This document shows positions 9,842 to 15,076 of a DNA stretch of 15,076 nucleotides, one piece after another. The position numbers and the translations under genes were made by a program. A model generated the notes under the pieces. The model did not search any database. It saw only the letters and a list, made by a program, of their open reading frames with translations, and was not told where the DNA came from. The DNA comes from a virus (taxonomy: Duplodnaviria; Heunggongvirae; Uroviricota; Caudoviricetes), in the IMG/VR virus record IMGVR_UViG_2531839662_000027, positions 1 through 15,076 of that record. The stretch is one strand, 5' to 3'. The first letter of the stretch is position 1; each line of letters starts with the position of its first letter.

Positions 9842-10199
9842 CAAGGTTGCTCAGCTTCGTCCAAATCAAAACATATCTCGCCCAATTGGACACTATTCCA
9901 CTGATGATGCATACTCACGGCATGGTGGAGGAAACGGCGGAGGTAACATGCTTGAGGCTAGAGTTGCAAAGCTAGAGTCTGATGTTGAATACATCAAGCG
10001 CGATCTCGCTGAGGTAAAGTCAGATATAAAATCTGTTGATTCTCGTCTGTCAGGTATTGAGACAAGCATTAGCTCAGCAAAAACCACCATTAAGGCATCT
10101 GCGGTCGTTGTCAGTTTCGTGTTCGCATTTTGCGCCTACATTTTTGGAAGTTATGTTTCCAAAATCCTTGATGCCTTAAACGGACTCGTTCTTAAGTAA
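9828..10199 (+). CDS. Hypothetical small membrane protein (123 aa, or 80 aa from the internal start at 9958): Gly-rich linker, coiled coil, C-terminal hydrophobic segment
   Basis: Overlaps the previous ORF by 14 nt; heptad-like LEARVAKLESDVEYIKRDLAEVKSDIKSVDSRL; hydrophobic AVVVSFVFAFCAYIFGSYV; internal ATG at 9958 is preceded by GGAGGTAAC; a strong terminator follows. Confidence 0.6.
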   Translation: MSLDNKVAQLRPNQNISRPIGHYSTDDAYSRHGGGNGGGNMLEARVAKLESDVEYIKRDLAEVKSDIKSVDSRLSGIETSISSAKTTIKASAVVVSFVFAFCAYIFGSYVSKILDALNGLVLK

Positions 10200-10206
10200 C
10201 ACACAA

Positions 10207-10233
10207 CCCGGCCTCAGTGCCGGGTTTTCTTTG
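10207..10233 (+). terminator. Rho-independent terminator ending the cI operon (t-imm equivalent)
   Basis: Perfect 6-bp GC stem CCCGGC/GCCGGG with 6-nt loop followed by TTTTCTTTG, directly after the second rex-slot ORF. Confidence 0.7.
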
Positions 10234-10383
10234 CCTCTCGATCCCCCTTCCCAACAACACATAACCATTTGTATTTATTGGAAAACTAATAGATACAACT
10301 TGCTAAACAGTGCAATTCTGATCCCTCACCTACCTAACAATTCACCCCTGCAAAAAATAAATCCATATAAAAAACATACAGAT

Positions 10384-10446
10384 AACCATCTGCGGTGATA
10401 AATTATCTCTGGCGGTGTTGACACAAATACCACTAGCGGTGATACT
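10384..10446 (+). promoter_or_regulatory. Lambda-type left operator and pL: oL3 (10384-10400), oL2 (10404-10420), oL1 (10428-10444); pL -35 TTGACA (10418-10423), -10 GATACT (10441-10446)
   Basis: AACCATCTGCGGTGATA, TATCTCTGGCGGTGTTG and TACCACTAGCGGTGATA match lambda oL3/oL2/oL1 as recalled; 17-bp spacer between -35 and -10; oriented toward N. Confidence 0.85.
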
Positions 10447-10491
10447 AAACACATCAGCAGGAAGCTGGAAGCCAAACGGAACAGATTGGCA

Positions 10492-10526
10492 TGCTCTTTA
10501 ACTTCGATGGGGCGCTGACAAAGCGC
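10492..10526 (+). promoter_or_regulatory. nutL site: boxA (TGCTCTTTAAC, 10492-10502) and boxB hairpin (GCGCT-GACAA-AGCGC, 10512-10526), P22 type
   Basis: boxA-like motif followed 9 nt later by a 5-bp stem/5-nt loop hairpin whose sequence matches the P22 boxB as I recall it; located between pL and the N-like gene. Confidence 0.7.
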
Positions 10527-10645
10527 AAACAGATACCAAACGAGATGGGTTTGGCGGTGATGTGAATTGCAGCAGTAACGACAGCAACCAGAAGATCAGC
10601 ATCTGGCGCATCACCACCAAAGCTATTTCACATGAGGAAAACATC

Positions 10646-10954
10646 ATGACGGTAATCGTGTACGGAAAATCAACATTTGCAGGAAATGCCAAGACTCGCC
10701 GTCATGAGCGGCGCAGAAAGCTGGCCATCGAGCGTGATTCCATCTGCAACATCATCGATTCGATCTTCGGCGCAGACAGTGAGGAGCCTGTTCAGGAAGC
10801 CCCGAGAAAACGTTTAAGCCTTTCTGAAAAAGCAATATCACTCGGAATCCTTCGCTGCAAGAAGGCAGATGAATGCAGTGGAAGTATTTGCCTGCCAAAC
10901 GTAGCCATTTACGCGGCAGGCTACCGGAAATCAAAACAACTGACGGCGAGGTAA
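10646..10954 (+). CDS. N: N-family transcription antiterminator, P22 gene 24 type
   Basis: Arginine-rich motif GNAKTRRHERRRKLAIERD near the N-terminus matches the P22 N RNA-binding peptide as recalled; ATG at 10646 preceded by GAGGA; first gene after pL/nutL. The track ORF from 10562 is an upstream in-frame extension, judged not used. Confidence 0.8.
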   Translation: MTVIVYGKSTFAGNAKTRRHERRRKLAIERDSICNIIDSIFGADSEEPVQEAPRKRLSLSEKAISLGILRCKKADECSGSICLPNVAIYAAGYRKSKQLTAR

Positions 10955-11182
10955 GTGATGAATCAGACATACATTCCATCATGCTTGAGAAATCTGCCAA
11001 AGCAGAAAGCAAAGCCCCGCAAGCAAGCCATAAAGGACGCTAAGGCAGAGGTTATTGATCAAGCAATACAATTGCTCAGGGAGGAGTTAAGAAGTGGCAA
11101 GCTCGAAGGAATGATGATGCCCTATCAGCGCGGATATCTATCGGCGATTAGTAAGTTGGAAGTACTGAAGAGTGAATTATGA
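10955..11182 (+). CDS. Hypothetical 75-aa basic/helical protein
   Basis: ORF starting GTG-ATG immediately after the N stop (coupled); no recognisable motif. Confidence 0.45.
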   Translation: MMNQTYIPSCLRNLPKQKAKPRKQAIKDAKAEVIDQAIQLLREELRSGKLEGMMMPYQRGYLSAISKLEVLKSEL

Positions 11183-11244
11183 ACTATCTGGAATTTCCGG
11201 ATGGTTCATTGTTTTGGCAGCAAACCACTTATTTGAGGTGATAT

Positions 11245-11331
11245 ATGGAAGAAGAATTTGAAGAGTTCGAAGAGCATCCTCAGGATGTGATGGAACAATA
11301 CCAGGACTATCCTTATGACTACGACTATTGA
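11245..11331 (+). CDS. Possible micro-ORF encoding a 28-aa highly acidic, aromatic peptide (MEEEFEEFEEHPQDVMEQYQDYPYDYDY)
   Basis: ATG preceded by GAGGTGATAT; the 3' end overlaps the ral start by 17 nt; below the ORF-track length cutoff. Confidence 0.3.
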   Translation: MEEEFEEFEEHPQDVMEQYQDYPYDYDY

Positions 11332-11515
11332 TAAAAATCAATGGTGTGGACAATTCAAGCGATGCAATGGATGCAAGCTGCAATCGGAATGCATGGTTAA
11401 ACCTGAAGAAATGTTTCCTGTAATGGAGGATGGGAAATATGTCGATAAATGGGCAATACGAACGACGGCAATGATTGCCAGAGAACTTGGTAAACAGAAT
11501 AACAAGGCTGCCTGA
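11315..11515 (+). CDS. ral: Ral, restriction alleviation protein (66 aa)
   Basis: Translation MTTTIDKNQWCGQFKRCNGCKLQSECMVKPEEMFPVMEDGKYVDKW... matches lambda Ral as I recall it; expected position in the pL operon downstream of N. Confidence 0.8.
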   Translation: MTTTIDKNQWCGQFKRCNGCKLQSECMVKPEEMFPVMEDGKYVDKWAIRTTAMIARELGKQNNKAA

Positions 11516-11574
11516 TGGTGGCCTTTGTTTTTTGGCCGTAAATAATTTCATGCTTATTACAATCAAGGGGATAT

Positions 11575-11820
11575 ATGGAAGAACAAGCAAACAAGATTCT
11601 CGTAGAACTACTGCAAAAAGCCAGTAATGGAATAGACGCGGCTGTTTCATTTAGCCAGGCACAGATTCCTGATGTCATCCATCAGCTTTTGATGTGGCAC
11701 GCCGTATCATCAGCTGGAATTCAGGCTACATGGTCAGACGAAGAATTCATTCGTCAGATGAACAAAATGCTCAATCAGCACAAAGAACAGGAGAAAGATG
11801 ATGATTCTGACTCTGAATGA
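11575..11820 (+). CDS. Hypothetical 81-aa protein with a strongly acidic C-terminal tail (EQEKDDDSDSE)
   Basis: ATG preceded by AAGGGGATAT; overlaps the next ORF. Confidence 0.5.
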   Translation: MEEQANKILVELLQKASNGIDAAVSFSQAQIPDVIHQLLMWHAVSSAGIQATWSDEEFIRQMNKMLNQHKEQEKDDDSDSE

Positions 11821-12109
11821 TAAGCGTGAAATATCGCAAATAATCGCAAGTTTTACTGATGAAGATTACGAGCGAATCAACAGTGAAGTTGATCGTCTCT
11901 GCAAACGTTGCGACCCAATAAGCGAAATGCTTCGCTCATATAAACCAGATGAACACACTAAGGACGCTATCGACTGGCTGGAAGATGATGACTGTAACTA
12001 TCAGGAAAAAGCCGCTGAATGGTTCTGGGATGCAATAACCGAAAGAGTTAAGGCTGAATATGCCTTCGCAATATTCAAACGCAGACACATTTATGGAGAA
12101 GCAGCATGA
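11798..12109 (+). CDS. Hypothetical 103-aa acidic protein
   Basis: ATG preceded by GGAGAAAG; ATGA-coupled to recT downstream. Confidence 0.5.
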   Translation: MMILTLNDKREISQIIASFTDEDYERINSEVDRLCKRCDPISEMLRSYKPDEHTKDAIDWLEDDDCNYQEKAAEWFWDAITERVKAEYAFAIFKRRHIYGEAA

Positions 12110-13017
12110 GCAATATCGTTGAATTCGTTAAACAGCAGGAGCAGTTATTCTGCGGAGCATTGACTGAACAGACGGTGACATGGGCTAAGGAAAGCCAGTT
12201 TGCAATTCAGTATTTCCAGAAAAATGATTACCTGGCTAAAACGGCACTGGCAAATCCAACCAGCGCACAGAACGCCATCATCAATGTTGCGGCGATCGGC
12301 ATCACCTTAAACCCGGCTAGCAAACTGGCTTATCTGGTTCCGCGCGACGGCATGGTGTGCCTTGATATCAGTTATATGGGATTGCTCCATATTGCAATGG
12401 AGTCTGGTGTTATCTCATGGGGTCAGGCAAAACTTGTTCATGCTAACGATACCTATGAGTCAAACGGGCTTGATAAAGCACCAACCCATAAATACAACGC
12501 CTTCGGTGATCGTGGTGATATCGTTGGCGTTTACTGCACAGTTAAGACGCCAGCAGGTGATTATCTAACGGAAGAGATGAGTCTGGCTGAAATTGAGGCT
12601 GTAAGGAAAACAAGCAAGGCGGCATTCAGCGATAAAGGACCATGGGTAAATCACTGGAATGAGATGGCGCGAAAGACGGTCGTAAAGCGTGCAAGCAAGT
12701 ATTGGCCTAAGGCATCACGTCTTGATAGTGCTATTCACGTACTAAACGAAGAAGAAGGTGTGTGGACTGAACCAGTTATGCCGCACAAATCAGAGGAAGA
12801 TATCCGCGAAGATGAACGGAAACGCCAGCAGGAAATAACGGATAAAGCACAACTTCTTTGTGATGAAATGGATCAGGCAGAAAACATGGATGATTTGAAG
12901 CGATATTTTGCAGAAGCATATCGCCTGACATCTGGAATGAAATTGCAGCAGAACGTACAAGCCATTTACATAGAATGCAAAGCGAAACTGGAGGTTGCCA
13001 GTGAGCAAACTGTATGA
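12106..13017 (+). CDS. recT: RecT-family single-strand annealing protein
   Basis: Conserved block GPWVNHWNEMARKTVVKRASKYWP resembles the RecT signature (GPWVTHWEEMAKKTAIRRLFKYLP in Rac RecT as recalled); size and position typical of a phage recombination module. Confidence 0.8.
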   Translation: MSNIVEFVKQQEQLFCGALTEQTVTWAKESQFAIQYFQKNDYLAKTALANPTSAQNAIINVAAIGITLNPASKLAYLVPRDGMVCLDISYMGLLHIAMESGVISWGQAKLVHANDTYESNGLDKAPTHKYNAFGDRGDIVGVYCTVKTPAGDYLTEEMSLAEIEAVRKTSKAAFSDKGPWVNHWNEMARKTVVKRASKYWPKASRLDSAIHVLNEEEGVWTEPVMPHKSEEDIREDERKRQQEITDKAQLLCDEMDQAENMDDLKRYFAEAYRLTSGMKLQQNVQAIYIECKAKLEVASEQTV

Positions 13018-13483
13018 AATTGCCAATGAATACGCAAAATTGATGGATTCAGATTTAGAACCAGAGATGATTGCTGACACAATAGAAGGCATGGAAGGAG
13101 AATTTACCGATAAAATAGAGCAACTTCTTTCCGTCATTAAAAATGAATCTGGTTATGCTGAACGCCTCAAGGAAGAGGCAAAGTCACTGAATGAGCGAGC
13201 CGCAGTAATTCAAAATAAGATTGACAGCATCAAATCATATATAGCGTCATCGCTTGAAATGGTTGGCAAGAAAAATATTCGAGCAGGTATTCACCAGGTA
13301 ACAATCCGCAAACCGTCAGAAATTGTAGAAATCATCGACTCAAGCGCCCTTCCTCCTGAATACGTTGAGTTCGAAACGACAATTAAAGCCGACAAACTGG
13401 CAATCAAACACCAACTAAAAGCAGGAATAAATATCCCCGGTGCTCAACTCAAAGTTGGGAAACCTTCACTTCTTATCAAATAA
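13001..13483 (+). CDS. Sipho_Gp157-like protein (recombination-associated partner of RecT)
   Basis: Pattern LYEI..EY..L...LEPE...DT.EG.EGEF..K.E.........Y.....EEAK.L.ER...IQ.KI...K.Y.....E.VGKK.I......V.IRK.....VEIID...LP.EYV.......KADK.AIK..LKAG..IPGA matches the Gp157 family as I know it. GTG at 13001 with GGAGG 6 nt upstream preferred over the track TTG start at 12995. Confidence 0.65.
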   Translation: MSKLYEIANEYAKLMDSDLEPEMIADTIEGMEGEFTDKIEQLLSVIKNESGYAERLKEEAKSLNERAAVIQNKIDSIKSYIASSLEMVGKKNIRAGIHQVTIRKPSEIVEIIDSSALPPEYVEFETTIKADKLAIKHQLKAGINIPGAQLKVGKPSLLIK

Positions 13484-13494
13484 CGGTATCGCCT

Positions 13495-13809
13495 ATGAAA
13501 AAGACTCCATGGGAGAAATGGGAAGTCGATTTCTTGCGCGAAGTAGCGGCGACAATGCCAGTTGAAGTTATTGCTGAAAAACTGGAAAGGACTGAAAAAG
13601 CAGTAATGGCGAAAGCAACAAGGATTGGCGCTGACATTGTTAGCCGACTTCGTGGAAGACGATGGACAAGAGCCGAAGTATCACTTTTCGGTAAGTTCTC
13701 CGCAGAAGAAATAGCAATTGCAACCTGCCGCTCAATTTATTCAGTAAGGGCTATGCGATACAAGCTAAAAAAACTCGATGAAGAAAGAGCAGGCATACGA
13801 ATAAATTAA
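13495..13809 (+). CDS. Hypothetical 104-aa protein with two internally repeated helix-rich halves
   Basis: Halves [39 protein letters not shown] and [39 protein letters not shown] share a W-x2-EV-x-F ... A/S-V-x-A-x-x-R spacing. Confidence 0.5.
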   Translation: MKKTPWEKWEVDFLREVAATMPVEVIAEKLERTEKAVMAKATRIGADIVSRLRGRRWTRAEVSLFGKFSAEEIAIATCRSIYSVRAMRYKLKKLDEERAGIRIN

Positions 13810-13825
13810 CAAAGAGGAATTTACC

Positions 13826-13993
13826 ATGAGAGGACTTGCATACAATCCCGGCATTCTTCCGGCAGAAATGATTATTCGCCAACGCGTAAAGCCAATGCCA
13901 TCGAGAGAGGAATTGCTAAAGAGAAAGAGTTTCGGTTCTGTTAATGACAACAAATATCTGAATGCGATGTGGCGTAAAGGAGGCAAGCAGTGA
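13826..13993 (+). CDS. Possible small ORF (55 aa, basic)
   Basis: ATG preceded by AAAGAGGAA at good spacing; below the ORF-track cutoff. Confidence 0.3.
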   Translation: MRGLAYNPGILPAEMIIRQRVKPMPSREELLKRKSFGSVNDNKYLNAMWRKGGKQ

Positions 13994-14295
13994 GTAATTC
14001 CGCACGACTACAGCTTGGTTTTTCACCGCTATCAAAAACTATCATGCTGGCAAAAATGCGCGATGTTGAAGGTGGACGTATGCGCGTTGGCAATGATCCA
14101 GGTCGTGATGCACGAAGAAAAGACAATAACAATCCTCGCACTCGCGGGGATTTCTTTTATCTGAACTCGCTACGGCGGGTTTTGTTTTATGTAGATGATA
14201 AATGCACTTCAGAGTCACAGGTGAATGGAATGGAGAGCCATTCAACAGAGTTATCGAAGCAGAGAACATCAACGACTGCTATGACCACTGGATAA
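13990..14295 (+). CDS. Doubtful ORF (GTG start, 101 aa, low-complexity Arg/Asp/Asn-rich)
   Basis: Open frame only; competing antisense ORFs; composition not protein-like in places. Confidence 0.2.
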   Translation: MSNSARLQLGFSPLSKTIMLAKMRDVEGGRMRVGNDPGRDARRKDNNNPRTRGDFFYLNSLRRVLFYVDDKCTSESQVNGMESHSTELSKQRTSTTAMTTG

Positions 14296-14357
14296 TATGG
14301 GCGCAGATAGCACATGCAGACATAACCAATATTCGAATTGAAGAACTGAAAGAACAC

Positions 14358-14383
14358 CAAGCCGCCTGATGGCGGTTTTTTTA
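14358..14383 (+). terminator. Rho-independent terminator
   Basis: AAGCCGCC-TGAT-GGCGG stem-loop followed by TTTTTTT (14376-14382). Confidence 0.65.
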
Positions 14384-14396
14384 TTGGAGACAAGAA

Positions 14397-14741
14397 ATGT
14401 CAGATTTGGCTATGAAGGTTTTGAAATGGCAATCGACTGGCGATGTTGGCATCAGTAGCGCAACTCTTGCCTCAATCGCATGTGGACTGAAAAAGAATAT
14501 CTATGGTCATAGCTTCGGTGCTCCACATGACGCAGCCGATTTCCGACGATGCGTTGCGCTTGTCGAGCAGATTCCAGAAATCAGAGATTCATTCGACAAG
14601 GTTGCAAAGCGCGTTCCGGCATTCAAAGGCATCCTCAACGAATGGGATTCTCTCGTTGCTCTGTTGAAGTCTGAAATGAAGATACACGGAAACAAAGCGC
14701 CAGAGACTTACAGAAGAATCAGCGAGCTACGCAAGGACTAA
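14397..14741 (+). CDS. Hypothetical 114-aa protein
   Basis: ORF beginning 14 nt after the terminator T-run; no recognisable motif. Confidence 0.5.
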   Translation: MSDLAMKVLKWQSTGDVGISSATLASIACGLKKNIYGHSFGAPHDAADFRRCVALVEQIPEIRDSFDKVAKRVPAFKGILNEWDSLVALLKSEMKIHGNKAPETYRRISELRKD

Positions 14742-14743
14742 CT

Positions 14744-14839
14744 ATGGAATCACACGGCCTCACACTCGATGAGGCCTGTCAGTTTCTCAAGATATCCAGA
14801 CCTACCATCGCCGCATCAATGCGGTTTTTTATTACCTGA
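14744..14839 (+). other. 31-codon ORF whose first 24 codons look like the helix-turn-helix start of an excisionase/AlpA-type protein, ending in a terminator hairpin; possible gene remnant
   Basis: MESHGLTLDEACQFLKISRPTIAA resembles the N-terminus of AlpA/Xis-type proteins and the core of the ORF at 14876; the remaining codons run into a hairpin plus T-run. Confidence 0.3.
14811..14833 (+). terminator. Rho-independent terminator-like hairpin
   Basis: CCGCA-TCAA-TGCGG followed by TTTTTTATT. Confidence 0.5.
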
Positions 14840-14875
14840 TTTGCAGGTTCGATTCCCTATTCGGAGATAGCACTC

Positions 14876-15076
14876 ATGCAACACGAACTACAGCCTGATT
14901 CCCTGGTTGATTTGAAATTCATCATGGCTGATACTGGCTTTGGTAAAACCTTCATCTACGACCGGATTAAGTCCGGCGACCTGCCAAAAGCCAAAGTTAT
15001 CCACGGACGAGCAAGATGGTTATATCGTGACCATTGTGAATTCAAAAATAAGCTCTTAAGCCGCGCCAATGGGTAA
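14876..15076 (+). CDS. Excisionase/AlpA-family small DNA-binding protein (putative Xis), 66 aa
   Basis: Core L.FIMADTGFGKTFIYDRIKSGDLPKAKVIHGRARWLYRD..EF fits the AlpA/Xis winged-helix pattern; position at the distal end of the pL operon, where int would follow beyond the window. Confidence 0.55.
   Translation: MQHELQPDSLVDLKFIMADTGFGKTFIYDRIKSGDLPKAKVIHGRARWLYRDHCEFKNKLLSRANG

Noticed and set aside
9586-10090. Minus-strand ORFs 9586-9918 and 9893-10090
   Set aside because: Antisense to the two rex-slot ORFs, which have coupled starts and a terminator on the plus strand; no promoter or RBS evident.
10562-10645. Upstream in-frame extension of the N-like ORF (track start at 10562)
   Set aside because: The extension would begin inside nutL; the ATG at 10646 has a GAGGA RBS and matches the P22 N N-terminus.
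11506-11545. Possible terminator after ral (GCC..GGC followed by TTTGTTTTTTGG)
   Set aside because: The stem is only about 3 bp and imperfect; the T-rich tract alone is not sufficient.
11177-11650. 157-aa ORF on the minus strand
   Set aside because: Antisense to ral and to the well-supported small ORFs around it; the translation is Leu/Phe/Ser-rich with no protein-like features.
12362-13137. ORFs 12362-12568 (+) and 12790-13137 (-)
   Set aside because: Alternative frame or antisense within recT and the Gp157-like gene.
14846-14856. GGTTCGATTCC, a tRNA T-loop-like motif that could mark a tRNA-derived attachment site
   Set aside because: Flanking bases do not form a T-stem (GCAGG ... CCCTA) and there is no acceptor stem or CCA; it lies between two xis-like ORFs rather than after int. 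Treated as a chance match.

Overview
This window is a decayed, mosaic lambdoid/P22-like prophage segment, probably from an Escherichia/Shigella-type chromosome (inferred from IS1 + IS629 + lambda-type immunity). All homology calls are from reading the translations and from memory of reference sequences; no database search was run. Left to right: (i) 1-2769 (-) a P22-type tailspike gene with a recognisable N-terminal head-binding domain, split in-frame by an IS1-family element (953-1718) with an 8-bp target duplication; (ii) a divergent mnt-like ribbon-helix-helix repressor gene (2891-3151); (iii) P22-type ejection-protein genes on the minus strand: a gp16-like gene split by IS629 (5015-6324, 3-bp target duplication), an intact gp20-like gene (6710-8116), and only the 3' part of a gp7-like gene; (iv) a deletion junction at 8505/8506 where a lambda-type cro is cut after codon 25, so replication, Q, lysis and head genes are absent; (v) a near-lambda immunity region: oR1-3/pR/pRM, cI (8683-9396), then two unrelated small ORFs (9404-10199) where lambda carries rexA-rexB, a strong terminator, and oL1-3/pL; (vi) P22-type nutL and N-like antiterminator, ral, small unknown ORFs, a RecT + Gp157-like pair, further unknown early-left genes and an excisionase-like gene at the right edge. 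No rRNA, tRNA or CRISPR array seen. The best candidate for an undescribed system is the cI-linked two-gene module in the rex slot, a plausible lysogen-expressed phage-exclusion system.
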